Shown in pieces: positions 51,131 to 64,000 of a DNA stretch of 64,000 nt (position 1 is its first letter; every line of letters begins with the position of its first letter). The notes beneath the pieces were generated by a model. It saw nothing but the letters and a program-made list of their open reading frames with translations, was not told the DNA's origin and did not search any database. Where the stretch lies: NCBI RefSeq assembly GCF_964355755.1, contig NC_092679.1, forward strand, positions 8,400,201 through 8,464,200, read 5' to 3'. Made by a program: the position numbers and the translations under genes. The DNA is from Antedon mediterranea (taxonomy: Eukaryota; Animalia; Echinodermata).

Positions 51131-52406
51131 CTAGATGGTTCTCGAATACACAGTAATTTCAGCGTAACAAAACGGGCGATTTCAAATGTACGTACCGCAG
51201 GACTATAATACATTGTCGTTTACAGAAACGAATAAATAGACACGATGATTTATGTAGTCAACTAAAATTAGCACCCTGGGAATTACTTCCGAAGGAGAAA
51301 CTCATCACAAAATGAGTCCAAATTTTTGATTTGGACTCATTTAAAGAAACCCAATTTGTTTTTTGTATGTAACATTAGGGTTGAGGGATGGGAAAGCGGA
51401 TAGGTACAAAGAAGAACAATTTTTAAATATATTCTTTATCCACTCAGTAACGAAATATTTCTTTCATGTTTTATAGGCCTATAAATAATATACCTCTAAA
51501 TACAGTAAAACATTTGCAATTTAATACTTTGTTAAAACTGTCACTGTCATAATCGATTGAAATATTAAAGTACACGATACACCACTACGACGTTTATATT
51601 TTTGGTAATTATTAATTAATACAAACGTTGAGAAGGAACTGTCAGTGTAAAGTTTATTTGTAAATAATAATGTGTTTATATATCTAACAGTAGAGCCTAT
51701 CCACAATCTCAGTAATAAAGTTTATTTGTATATATTTTTATATTACATCTAACAGTACGAACATTCACATTAAGAAATGTTCGATTCAAATGAGGACCAA
51801 CAATAGTTAATAGGTATTTACAGTATTGTCGAAGTGTTGCAAGTTTATTCTCAAAGGGCCCATATATTTACCTACCGTATGTGTTAACAAGGGCTCATAA
51901 ATTGACCTACTTGTGTTAAACCAAACTCTGGCAGACTGAGAGATTGGGATGTTCCATTCATCGCAAATCAATACATTTGTATAATTGTATATTAAATCTA
52001 CCAAAATAGTATTTTTTAAAGAAAATCGGCCTGTCTTCAACATTATGATGCTGTACTGTAGCGGTTCAACCGGTTTTCAGCTATTAAAAACAATTATCGT
52101 AGGAGGAGATAGGAAAATGCGAAGCCTCCTCGCATTTTTGTGGCAGGTATTTTTCAAGATGGACATCCATTAGACAGTGTATACCACGATCGGAAAACAC
52201 CCCTCTTTGGGGCAAATCGTTGAACCTAAATTCGTTTTAATCGTCAATAACTAATTCTCTAACTTAATTTAATTAGTAAATAGGGTTAAATCAGGTGGTT
52301 AAAATCAGTACCGAAAGTACGAACCAACTTTATATACCATCGAGTAAAAATTGTAAAAGTAAGGCGCGATTTACCGAATTTTGCCCTTACGTAAATTTAT
52401 ATATAG
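51131..52406 (-). mobile_element. Non-autonomous Helitron, family copy 2
   Basis: Minus strand 5' TCTATATATAAAT ... GAGAACCATCTAG 3', inserted at A|T with no TSD. Homologous to 25660-26924. Internal hairpin AAATGAGTCCAAAT...ATTTGGACTCATTT. Confidence 0.85.
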
Positions 52407-54072
52407 ATACCAGTTGTCAGAGTCAATTATTACCATACTCACTATAATATAAAACTGATATTAAATGTTTTCAAGATAAAGGCTTTATTGAATAAATGCT
52501 TTAATAATATAACATTTAATTAAATTTTGAAATATTTTCTGCATGAATTTGTTAGTGGATTTATCTATTCTTTGTAGGTTGGGCCTATCTGTTACTTACC
52601 CTAGTTAATAGAAATGTGCATGCTACTATGTACTAAAACATTGATCAGAAGATACACTGTACACAATCTGTAATACATGCAGAAAATATGGGAAAACAAT
52701 TGAGATTTAAATAGATGACATAATAACATACAGTAACTATAGCTCTGGTTCTACTATACTGCCAACCTACTAACTGTTCGAACTGTCTGGATAAGAAAGA
52801 CTCATTCATTCACAAAATAATAAAAAAACAAAAATTTTATAGGTCAATCTAGCAATCTAGATGTCTGTGAATTGAAGACAAACTACCAAGGCCATCAGCT
52901 GTAACTCAAAAAGTGGCTAGAAAATGACTTTCGTTCCAGTAACGGCGGCACTACTTTTTGAAAGCAAATACTGATAATTTAACCCTTTATACATGTTATG
53001 TTAAAGTTTCTTTAAAAAATATGCTGCTGTTTTTTGTCAGGAGTGATTTAAACTCGTGATGGTACCATAAAAATGGCCTATTTTGAGGTCTGAGCCCATG
53101 TTTGGGTAGCTGTAACTTTATTTATAAATACCTTTAGCATTTGGAATTTTTAACACGTATTCCAAACACAGTTTATATCACAAATCCAAAATTTTAAATT
53201 TCAAATGTAAAAATCCTTAAAATAACAGTAACTGAAAAAGTGCGAGTTGTTAGACCTTCTGCCGTGAATGTTTACATCGAGTAAATGGCGTCGCGAGGCA
53301 AATTGTATGATACGGTGCTGCCGCCGTTGGCTTATTACTAGAATACAGCAATATAAAAAACGAACGAATCGGTTAATTGTATATACAGTACATTATAAAC
53401 ATATTATTATGTACTAAATATAAACAGTTGGTTTGGTTTAAAAAAATGAAAAATAATAAGAAACAAAGAAAATTGTGATTTTTTTTTGGTCGGTTGCAGT
53501 GGCCTTCCATACATTTGATGACGCCCTCTATTGACATTTTCCTACAAAACTTTTAAGTTCTCATTATACAGTAATGTTATACAGTAACAGACGTTGAAAG
53601 TAGTTGTAATAAAAACATTTCCTATAAATACATAAAATGATTGATTTTGTTGTTGTTAAAACCATATTTGCATTCGTTGTTTTACATTTTAAAAAAGTAA
53701 TTTAAATATATAAAGTAAGCAAAATGGCAATATAAAGACGATAAAAATTGATTAAAAACGTACTTTTGACAGTTTTCATTATTCTATAAAGCTCGTTTTT
53801 TGTGTTCATGTTTGGGTAGAGAGGCTATAAACTCAGGGGAGGAATATAAAATACCCTCCCTTTTCACCAAGACAAAAATGAATGAGATGAGTAAGAAGAA
53901 TGCAAGAGTTTGAAAAATAAGATATTTAGAATGGGTAGCATGGAATGATCTATTTAATGAAAACCGTAAGGTTAGAGTCCATACACTGTGCAAGTCCAAG
54001 CTCCTTATATCTTGGCTCTGTGTGTATGTGAGACGCTTCATACCCGGATGTAAAACTTATAATATTTATAAA

Positions 54073-54149
54073 TGTTTGGTCTAGTGGTAAAGGCTTTAAC
54101 CTATTACGCTGAAGCCCTCGGTTCCAGGTCTTTCATGAACATTTTTTTT
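54073..54149 (+). other. Degenerate tRNA-derived (SINE-head-like) fragment
   Basis: A-box TGGTCTAGTGG at 54077, a weak anticodon-like stem, degenerate B-box GGTTCCAGGTC at 54120, then a T-run. Confidence 0.4.
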
Positions 54150-54401
54150 GATTATTGAATTGATTGTGAGTCCAGTTGTGAGCCCAGACAATAATGCCCT
54201 GCTAAAATTGATAATTTTACCTTCAATCTGGATAATTATAGTCATTTAAGTTCACCAATCAACTTTGTATACATTTTGGATTGTATAAACATGTTTTTAA
54301 TGTTCTGATATACCCACTTTTGCTGTATGACTTATTTATAAGTCATTTTCTAGGCTAACTATCCTCTGCTATTGTTCCAACAAGCATCACCCAAGCAGCC
54401 T

Positions 54402-54589
54402 TGTTACAACCGCTAATGTAGAAAACGCCAGCTAATGTCAAAACAACCGTTAATGTAGAACAATCCACCGCTTATGTAGTAAAACCTCCAGCTTATAAGC
54501 TGGAGGTTTTACTACATAAGCGGTGGATTGTTCTACATTAACGGTTGTTTCGACATTAGCTGGCGTTTTCTACATTAACGGTTGTAACA
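54402..54589. mobile_element. 188-bp spacerless foldback element, TGTTACA...TGTAACA, 5-bp TSD AGCCT (Ginger-like termini)
   Basis: Near-perfect palindrome centred on 54495/54496, with AGCCT at 54397-54401 and 54590-54594. Confidence 0.85.
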
Positions 54590-54647
54590 AGCCTGTTGAG
54601 TGAGCCCTTTGTTTCAAGTAAGTAAAATACCAGCTCTATTGTTTAAT

Positions 54648-56124
54648 ATGGATGACTTAGACCCAAGCCTAACATTTAGTAGCCACAGTGAAATTCAGCC
54701 ATCTTTTTATGGATTCTCTGATGAAGATATCCAATTACAGAAGGAAAGACTGTATGCCAGAGTTAAGCGGGTCTGCAGATTACTTGAAGCCTCAAAATCT
54801 TCAGAAGCCTCAAAATCTTCTTTTATCACATCCACACCTTTACCGTGGAATTACCCAGTTAAAGATTCAAAAACTTATGTGGACTCCACAACACAAACCA
54901 AGATTATAACGGTCAATGCCAGTGTTCAGACTCCTCGGGAGTGGGACCAGTCACCTACACTAAAAGATAAAGTGAAGAACCAAGACAACAAAATAAGTGA
55001 CCTGAGGAATTTAGTTACTGAACTAAAGAGTGTTCAGAACAACTTTGTACAACTCACATCGGCCTTCAATGAAATCTGTGAAAGGAATGCTTGTCTTGAA
55101 ACTAAAATCAAGAGGCTTCAGCAAGAGCAGTTGGATAAGGAGGAATTTGTCCAACCTCAACATACAATCAGAAGAAGTGTTGTTACAATGCCTCCTCATG
55201 TTGTCAAGCTCACAAACCCATTTAACATTTTAGATTATGATGAAACTGAAACCGAATGTGCTATTTCATCTGATATACAGAATGTAGAAATAAATCGTTG
55301 CACCGAAACTCATCGTCAAAGTCAACAAATCATCGGAAAACAATGCTAAATCAAGAAATAAATTTGATACTGCTCAATCGCAAAAATCAAGCACAAACAC
55401 AAAGATAACAGCTAATCATGAAATTAATCAAACTTCTGAAAACTTGACACCACCACTCAAGCAAAACCTTCTAATCGGCGATTCCATGTTGAAGCATGTG
55501 AAACACAGAGGTCTACTAAATACAAATGTAAAAACCCTGCCTGGAGCTACAATTGAACATGTTGCTTGTACCATTGAGAGTATGGACCTTAGGTCAGTCT
55601 CAAACGTTATTGTTCATGCTGGAACAAATGACTGTGGTAGTATGAATTTTAACATAGATAAACTTGAGCAGGACTACAGAAAGCTGGTCCATGATCTACA
55701 GAACAGAATATCTGGAAAAATCTATGTATCAGGAATTTGCCAACGTCTAGATGACCCACAACTCAATATCAAAGTACTCCAGGTGAACGAACGACTACAA
55801 TCAATTTTCCAAGGTAACTTTATAAATAATTTTAAAGCTTTTCTGTCAACGTGTGGTCTAGATGCCTCTAAATACACAAGACATGGATTACACCTAAACA
55901 AGTATGGAACATCTGCTTTACTTAGGAGCATTAACTCAACCATACAGATTTTGCCAAAGAAGAGATCCTGGAGATTGGGGACACCATCTACTTCCTGTCA
56001 TTTTTGTGGTGAAACAGGACATGTACAACGGGTTTGTCGACATGGTACACCTGTATTATGTTGGATTTGTCAACAGGAAGGCCATAAAGCAAAGTATTGT
56101 CCCAATCAGCATGATACTAGGTGA
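54648..56124 (+). pseudogene. LINE ORF1: coiled coil, SGNH esterase, two CCHC zinc knuckles (frameshifted near 55300-55440)
   Basis: LLIGDSM, HAGTND and GLHLN esterase blocks; CHFCGETGHVQRVC and CWICQQEGHKAKYC. Confidence 0.85.
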
Positions 56125-59100
56125 GCAGAAGGCAAGGAAGTCAATGCCGAAATTAATGAAACTTTTAGTCCTAAATTGTTATCTTCCACTAAAAACTATC
56201 TAGACAATGAAAACTCTCAAGACATTTCAACTACCGAAAGTATTAAACTCAATGAAGATCAAGCCGGGACAATACTGAATGATTACGATATCTTACCAGA
56301 AAATAATGATTTATGTATTATTACTAATAATAATGTTAATAACCTATGTAAAAGTGTACATTCTTTAAATATTAGGCTAACTTGTAATAATTGTTTTTTA
56401 AACTTTAATTTATCTTATATACAGTAGACAATAATCTATTTACTTATCCAGATAGTTGGTGGTGTAATGATTGCTTTAGAAAAATTGCCTTATCAGAACT
56501 TCCTTTTAATAATAATCCCTTAAGTTACTCAAGTTCTGATTATTCTGATATTATTTATAAAAAAGGTTTTGAAATTGCTCATTTAAATATCCAGTCACTT
56601 AGAAATAAGTTGGACAGTGTTAAAACACTCCTTAATGAACATAATTATGATATATTTTGTATAACTGAAACTTGGCTAAATAGCAGTATTGAAAATAATG
56701 AGATATGGATAAATGGATATGAAATATGTAGACTGGATAGACAACTTTCACAATCAGGTGGTGGAGTTTTATGCTATATAAAAAATGGTATCCGCTTTAA
56801 AGAGATCTACAATTTTAGGGTAGAAACTATTGAAGCTCTCTGGGTTGAATTTAACTTGCCATATTCTAAACCATTACTTTTAGGAAATATCTATAGACCA
56901 CCAAGTGCAAAGGCTGAATATTTAAATGAACTTGACACTATGTTTCAACAATGCACCTCTACATATAACGATGATTTTAATTTAGATATAAGTAACAAGA
57001 AAAATGCAGGTAAAATTAATAAATTGGCCAAAAATAGTAATCTAAACCAACTAATACACGATTTTACTAGGATAACTAATACAAGTAAAACTATAATTGA
57101 TTTAATATTTGTTACAAATTTGGATATTTCAACAGCAGGGGTGTCAAGTCTTGGTATAAGTGATCACTCTTTAACCTATTTAATAAGAAAAACCAAAAAA
57201 GTTAATATTCCTCCTAAATTTATTAAATCTCGTTCTTTTAAAAAATTTGATGAACATAAATTTATTGATGATCTTAAAAGTATTGACTGGGATCAGATTA
57301 AACTCTCAACAGATGTTAATTCAGCTTGGTTACTATGGAAAAGCTTATTCAGTAGCCTATGTAATCACTATGCCCCTCTTAAAACAAAGAGGGTCAAAGG
57401 CTCACTTCCTGAATGGATAACAAAAGATTACATAACATTAACTAAAGACAGGGATTATTATTATAAAAAGGCTCATAAAAATAATGATTCTAAAGATTGG
57501 GACACAGCTAAAGAAATAAGAAACAAAGTGAACAATCTCAACAGGAACCTAAAAAAGAAATATTGTACTAACACCATCAAAGAAAATACTAAAAACCCCA
57601 AAAAACTATGGAACACCATAAATAAACTAATTCCAAAACCAAAATCAACTGTAAATAGAGTTTATAAAAATGAAAATTATACAACTACGGATAAGGACAC
57701 AGCAAATGAATTAAATATTCATTTTACGTCAATAGGAAATTCTTTAGCAAGTAAATTTTTAAATACTAATATAAATAAGACAACAGATTACACTCTTGTA
57801 GATAAATTTAAATTTGATTATCTTACATCTGACTATATTTTTGATGAAATATGCAAATTTTCCAGTAATAAAGCCACCGGAATTGATAATATAAATTGTA
57901 AACTTTTAAAATTAGCAGCGCCAATAATATGTGATTCACTTTGCTACATTTGTAATCTATCATTGTTTACATCAATTTTTCCATATGAATGGAAACAAGC
58001 AAAAGTGACACCCATTATAAAGAAGGAGATAAATCAGATCCAAGTAATTATCGACCAATTTCTGTTTTACCTTTGGTCTAAAAAATAATAGAACGTGCTG
58101 TTCATGACCAATTATATCATTATTTAAGATCTCATGACCTTCTAAATCCTTCTCAATCAGGTTTCAGGAAAAATCACTCTACCCAAACCACTCTCTTAGA
58201 TGTTACAGACTATATTTTAAATAATTTTGATAAAGGTATTTCAACAGCTGCTATATTCCTGGACCTAAAAAAGGCCTTTGATACGGTAAATCATCAAATA
58301 TTGCTTAATAAATTAAGGGGTTTTGGTATAAATAGTACCGAGCTTAAATGGTTTAAATCATATCTTAGTCAAAGATCTCAAATTGTTAGTATTAATTCAT
58401 GTAAATCTGAATCACTGAATGTAAATATCGGAGTTCCTCAAGGTTCAATATTAGGACCATTGCTTTTTATTTTATATGTTAACTCACTTCCTAATTCTTT
58501 ATCATGTAAATGTGTCATGTATGCTGCTGATACCACACTTTTATGTAGTTCATCTGACCCACTTAGGCTTCAAAATGAAATAGATGTAAATTTTAATCAA
58601 GTTACTCAATGGCTTAATGATAACCAACTAACATTAAATATTAAAAAGACAAAGCTTATGGTTTTTAGTACTACTCACATGTATAGTAAGTTTAAAAATA
58701 TCTCTGTTTCTTTTAATAACCATATTATTGAGAGAGTAAATTCTTTTAAATATTTAGGTGTAACTTTTGACACTCAACTAACATGGGCTGATCATATTGA
58801 TAGCCTTTCATCAAAAGTTGCCAAACGCATTGGTGTTATACGTCATATAAAATATTTTATTCCATCAAACACTCTGAAAATGTTAGCCAATGCACTAGTT
58901 ATTCCTTTATTTGATTATTGTAGTTGTGTCTGGTCAAATTGTAAAGTAAACTTTTCAGATTCTCTTCAAATTTTATTAAATAGATTAGGTAGAATATTAT
59001 TATCTGTAGATATCAAAACTCATGTTAGTGATATCCTAAACTCACTTGGTTGGAGTACACTAAAGGACAAATGGAATGAACATATTCTAATATTACTTTT

Positions 59101-59350
59101 CAAGTGCCTAAATGGACATGCACCACCCTATTTATCAACTCAATTTATATTTACTGAAGATAGTCACAATAAAGGTACACGAAGTCAAAGTAACAACACT
59201 TTGATAATACCTAAATGGAATAATACTCAAGGTAAAAGAACTTTTAATTACAGATCTACAAAATTATGGAACTTTCTACCTAACAAAATAAAAAATGATC
59301 TTTATGATATGACAGTATCAACTTTCAAATCACAAATTTCAAAACTTTAA
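56111..59350 (+). pseudogene. LINE ORF2: APE endonuclease plus reverse transcriptase, disrupted
   Basis: ITETWL, GGGV, IYRPP and SDH; DLKKAFDTV, GVPQGSILGP and YLGV. The catalytic YADD reads YAAD (58520-58531), and there are frameshifts near 56430 and 58020. Confidence 0.92.
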
Positions 59351-62300
59351 TTTTAATTCAAAACTAAATCTAATTAATGCTCAATGATTAAAACTTCTTT
59401 TATCTTGTTTCAAAATCTCAATTATTTATGTTTTAACCTTTAAATGTGCTTACTTTAATTGTTTTAATTTGATTTTGATAATTTTAGGTTTAATTTTATA
59501 TTTTCTTTTGTCCATTTATATACTGTATTTTGTTTACATTTATGTAGTTAAGAACTGAACCACTTTGGAAATCAGTACATTGTATTGAAAGTGTATTTCA
59601 GAATAAAGAAAGATTAAATAAATTAAATAAAATGTAACAGTTTTTCTTCATAGATCATAATATTCTAGATCATCATCTGACTCGTTGTCACTAATATTAT
59701 AATCTTCATTATCATTCATTGAATCGGTAGGGGGTGTTTTTATATTTTGACGCCGTCGAAGCACTTCCTTTAGATTGCTCATATGGTTCTCAAAGGTTTT
59801 TCCGTAAACAATGTCGTCGTCTAGATACACTTCACAAATTCTATGATATGACACCTCTGATATGCAGCTGGGGCATTCTTCAATCCAAAAGGGACTCGCA
59901 CCCATTCATGTAAACCCCAGGGAGTGACAAAAGCAGTGAGTGGACGACTATCTGGGTGCATATATTCCTGGTGGTATGCCTTGCCTTGGTCCAATGTACT
60001 AAACCACATATTTCCCCCAAGACTGTCGAGCACATCTTGTATTCGGGGGATGGGTTGACAATCTGGTATGGTCTTCCGATTTAGGTCTCTATAGTCGATG
60101 CATAGCCGTAGTCCTCCATCTTTTTTTTAGCACACAAACTACTGGTGAAGCATATGGTGATTCGGATTTTACTATCCAGCCTTGGTCGATCAGTTCTCGA
60201 AGATATTCTTTTACTTCTTGAAAGAGAGGTCTGGGTATAGATTGATAGGTTTTCTGTACTGGTATGTTGTCGGTTAGGTTAATTTTCATTTCAAGACTCG
60301 GTATTGAACCCATTATCTCGGTCATGTTGACTGAAACTGTTAGACTCATCTTGCAACATCTATTCAACCAATGTTCGTTGGTTATCATTTAAATGGTTGA
60401 AGTTAATTTTAGATATCCAATCAGTACTTCCTGGGTTCATCTCTACACTAGTAGCAGCTGTCTGCACATTTCTCATGGGATTATCCTCGTTGACTTAATT
60501 ACTTTTAGTGTCCAATCTGCCATGATATACTGCTGTCACTAGTTGTAATTTTCCTAAATGAGTCTTCTTTGGGATAATCAGTGTTCTGTCAGTCTTGGAT
60601 ACTAATATGTGAACAGAATCCTTGTTTTAAGTCTACAATGGTTTCAGCTAATTCCAGTCCGTCAGGTAAAGAATGTTCTGGATGTGGTTCAAATAAAACC
60701 ATCATTTTCTTTTGTATCTTTCCTGTATTTGCTCTCACTTTAATGATGTTAGTTTGCTTGGCTGAAATTTTATGTAAAGTGTGTCCAGAATTTATTTCAC
60801 AAAAGTCTGTAGGGTCTGACGTTCCGATTTTGGATATTAATCTTTCTGCTGTAATGTGATGACATTTTGGGAAAGATGTACTTATGGCCTGCTTTAATTC
60901 TGGTCCCTCAGTATGCTGAATAATCTCTCTGATGACATTATACCCAATGATTGGATGTAGCAAATTATCTTCGGTTACCAAGACAGGTACTAAAGTGGAA
61001 AATGTTGATTGCTTTTCTGTTGGTAATAATTCAAACTTAAGTGCTAACCATCCTAGGTACGGAATTTCTGTTCCATTAGCTGCTTACAGTTTAAGATCTG
61101 ACTCCAACAGTTCTTTTAAATCCCGTAGTGGCAAATTAGGAAACTGGGTTAACCACCTTTTCTGTGACACTATAGAAACCTGTGACCCTGTGTCAAATAA
61201 AGCTTCTACCACACCGCCGTTTATTTTGCATTTGATGATACACTTGTTACCGATAAGCTTGACAATTTGTTGATGTTGTCTTGGTGTAAGATGGCTGACC
61301 TGACGACTATTACATTCCAAGAGCTTGTTACTTGTATTTTGTTTGGGTGACCTGTCTGTGCCTATGGTCTCTCCCCGTCCCGCTGGATTGACCTTGGTCC
61401 GTTTCCCTGGCTCCTACAGCTCCTGGCAAAATGGTTGGATCCACCGCACTTAAAACAATGTCTACACTCCGCCCCTTTCTTATTCTGTTTGCATACATCA
61501 CAACCCTTTTCTCTAGTCTTTCTTTTAGTTCTCTGCTGCACCAATGAAAGGAATGCAGTCTCAGTGTTCTGCCGTACCACTTGTTGAAGTGCCGACACAT
61601 TAGCCTGTAGTGTCTTCATTCCTTTTATCAACAGTTGTATCTCATCCTGCTGTCCATCTGCTGCAACAGAAGCAGCACTGATGCACGTTTTACTTTTCTG
61701 AGACCGTCTTTCTTCTAGATTCTCCACAATGGCTAGTCTTTCTAGAAGATCTTCATCGGTAATTTTCGGTGTAAGATACGGATTCATTTCACTCCTCTCC
61801 TCAGTCTCTCTGGCAAGCCAGTCTTCAATGTTTGGATGAAGGTATTTTGTACTAAATCCGCATCATATTTTAGGGTTGATTGATCTTCCTGGGATGCAAA
61901 AGTTACCCGTTGACGAAGGCTCATCGCACACATAACAAAATCCTGTGTTACTTCAGATTTTCGAAGCGATGCTGCTGCTAGTTCTTGATACAGGTCCATC
62001 GCATCTCGTTCCTTATAATGAGCCCTTAGAATTCTTCGCAACTGTGGCAATTTTACATCAATTCTCCCTTCCAGGTAACTTCGTAGCGGCAACTCTGGAC
62101 TTATTGCTTTCGTCACAGCAACCAAAATCTCTCTGGAGGTATACCCTTTTTGGACTGCATCTTCAATTTGCTTGGCGAGACTGTTAAAGGTCAGCTTTCC
62201 TGCCTGTCCGGGTGCCCCAATCTGTCCACTTAGCTTCAGATCACCTCTGCCCCATGGGAAAGCACCCAAGCCCATGTTCTCTGTCGCTGGTCTCTCACCC

Positions 62301-62618
62301 CCTGCCTCATTTACTGCCACTTCGATCTCCTCTCCTGGTGCCTCGAATCCACCAATTATTAGTTCATGCATGCCCGTCAACAGTGCTAGTCCTTTATCCT
62401 CCATTGCGTCTACCTCATCGCCATCTAAAAATGTATTGATTGCCTTTAAAACAATGCGTTTCGTTTTGTTATCCATTCCTTCTAGCTTAAGATACCGTGC
62501 CACTTCTTTTACTTGTTCTACAGTCAGAAGGTAAAGTGTACTACGTACCTCTCTCTCTCTCTAGAGTTTCTAATTCCATGTTCTTCGCTTTTCTTTTCTC
62601 ATTCACTTCCTAGAGATG

Positions 62619-62635
62619 TCCTGGCAGGATCGCCA
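62619..62635 (-). promoter_or_regulatory. Primer-binding site, complementary to tRNA-Arg(ACG)
   Basis: Minus strand TGGCGATCCTGCCAGGA, 2 nt from the LTR end. It matches the 3' end (TCCTGGCAGGATCGCCA) of invertebrate tRNA-Arg(ACG) as I recall it. Confidence 0.75.
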
Positions 62636-62637
62636 GA

Positions 62638-63048
62638 TTTTACACAGGTTTCCAGGACATCTCAACAATAGTTCAACGATATTTTTCCAAAGTGAATTTA
62701 GTATCCCCGTACACAGTATGAATCAACAAAAACAACGGATTAACAGTAAACACATCTGTTCTCTTTAATTGTAAACAATCTTATATTCTTTTAATCATCT
62801 ACAGGATAATCATCAGTTCCTTGTTAATGGTTAACCACGGTTTAATTCTAAATAACTGTTCTTTTTAATTTAACTTTAAACATCTTACGAAAACAACAAA
62901 ACCAAACAGCAATCCCTTAACAAAAAACAGGCCAGCAACCCAATAACACATGTCTCCCTGAACTCTCCCAATTGACCTCTCTCAATTTTTTGTTATAGAG
63001 GGCCTAATTTTCTAACTCTAGAGGGCCTGGTTTTCTTGCCATGTAACA
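62638..63048 (-). repeat. Putative 5' LTR (411 bp)
   Basis: Bounded by T(T)TTACA and TGTAACA inverted termini (one mismatch from TG...CA) and adjacent to the PBS. No second copy was found. Confidence 0.65.
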
Positions 63049-63812
63049 CTATTTTACTCGTAACTATACTGCCTAACTGCAGGTCAGGTCTGGCGGACTA
63101 GTTAGATTGTGGGCTACCGTAACCCCCCTCCCCACTGGGGATTTTATGACCCATACATTTTTGGAAACCTCACACATATAGGTTTTCAAATCAGGTTGTC
63201 TGCACATTGCGCAGTGGTGCGTAAACCGATGAGGGCGCTTTTTCCAAAATGGCCGCCAAATTTAATAAAATATTATATATATTGATAAAACAGTAATTTA
63301 TATGCTAAAATTAACTTGTTTTTTAATTGTTCTGTATTGAAATAATGTGTGGTCAGGTCATGGTATATGTTTGTATTCCGAAAAGTCAATATAGAGGGCG
63401 CATTTCAAAATGGCCGTCGAAAATTATAAAACTTAACAAAATTGAAGTAATTACTAGAAATGATTATATAAACAATCAGAAAAATGTCAGAATGTCATTT
63501 TACCATTCAATAATTTAACTGGTACTGACATTATTTGATTAAACTAATAAAATAATATTATTATTATTATTAACATAATACAAAAACTTCTATCAAACAA
63601 ATTAGTTGATGCATGACATTCAACTTTAAACCAATCAGAACACAGATAGCAGTGTAGTAGTCTAGTTGATCAGTTGTATGAAACCAGTCTAGTCTATATA
63701 ACATTGAGCTAAATTATCGAAGAAAATTGTGCTTTTTCAACAACAAAGTTAATTCATAGTAAGTATTACAAGCAATTTGCTCTCCTAGTACAGTACATGG
63801 TGCAAAATGTGG

Positions 63813-63887
63813 ACTAGCCTAGGCCTAGGGCTAGGCTGGGTACTAGCCTAGGCCTAGGCTGGGTACTAGCCTAGGCCTAGGCTGGGT
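63813..63887. repeat. 23-bp tandem repeat (ACTAGCCTAGGCCTAGGCTGGGT) x3
   Basis: Read directly; followed by hairpin GAGGAGAGCAA-TTAG-TTGCTCTCCTC. Confidence 0.85.
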
Positions 63888-64000
63888 CCAGGAGGAGAGC
63901 AATTAGTTGCTCTCCTCGAAGCAAGTTTAGGAGAGCGGAGGAGAGCTGACTGACAATCTTTATATTATTTTTTACTATAGGCCTATGATACTAATTTACT

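Larger units (their letters stand above)
54341..59631 (+). mobile_element. Near full-length inactive L2/CR1-group LINE (5' boundary approximate)
   Basis: ORF1 and APE-RT ORF2 remnants, a 3' UTR with a stem-loop-like end and an A-rich simple-repeat tail. Confidence 0.9.
59640..63048 (-). mobile_element. Degenerate Ty3/Gypsy LTR retrotransposon: 5' LTR, PBS, gag, protease, partial RT
   Basis: gag knuckle CFKCGGSNHFARSC; protease LFDTGSQVS; RT motifs YASPVVCV, FSTLDQGKAYHQ, PFGLKNAPAAYQR and YLDD. RNase H, integrase and the 3' LTR were not seen. Confidence 0.9.

Noticed and set aside
52888-53508. Possible Kolobok-like MITE (AAGGCCA...TGGCCTT)
   Set aside because: The inverted repeat is only 7 bp and there is no TTAA TSD; too weak to call.
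54073-54149. Functional tRNA gene
   Set aside because: No acceptor stem and a degenerate B-box; kept only as a tRNA-derived fragment.
48273-64000. Further LRPPRC exons or an autonomous Rep-Helicase gene
   Set aside because: I could not recognise a convincing exon or Rep/helicase motifs; a small diverged exon could have been missed by eye.

Overview
AT-rich animal (probably invertebrate) nuclear DNA. The window appears to lie inside one + strand gene: five phase-consistent exons (18751-18836, 23661-23865, 43588-43819, 47161-47320, 48110-48272) encode a contiguous central part of the mitochondrial PPR protein LRPPRC. The introns are filled with transposable elements. The dominant one is a non-autonomous Helitron2/Helentron-like family of about 1.1-1.6 kb. 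Its 5' end is a TT(A/G)GTTATCCGC-loop-GCGGATAAC(T/C) hairpin head, and its 3' end is GCGGATAAC(T/C) plus a hairpin plus CTAG. A solo copy (45894-47124) defines the element. The two large arrays (1-18112 and 27415-43272) are not simple tandem repeats: copies insert into the T-rich leader just behind each other's head. This gives stacks of short 5' heads followed by runs of headless bodies, a nested 'Russian doll' structure, on top of which lies a near-identical 5933-bp duplication. Also present are degenerate Academ, Sola3-like, PIF/Harbinger-like and Tc1/pogo-like elements, classical Helitrons (one nested in another), two Gypsy remnants, a near full-length dead L2/CR1-type LINE, a 188-bp foldback element and 24-30-bp hairpin micro-insertions with 7-bp TSDs. 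All assignments are by eye; no database searches were run.
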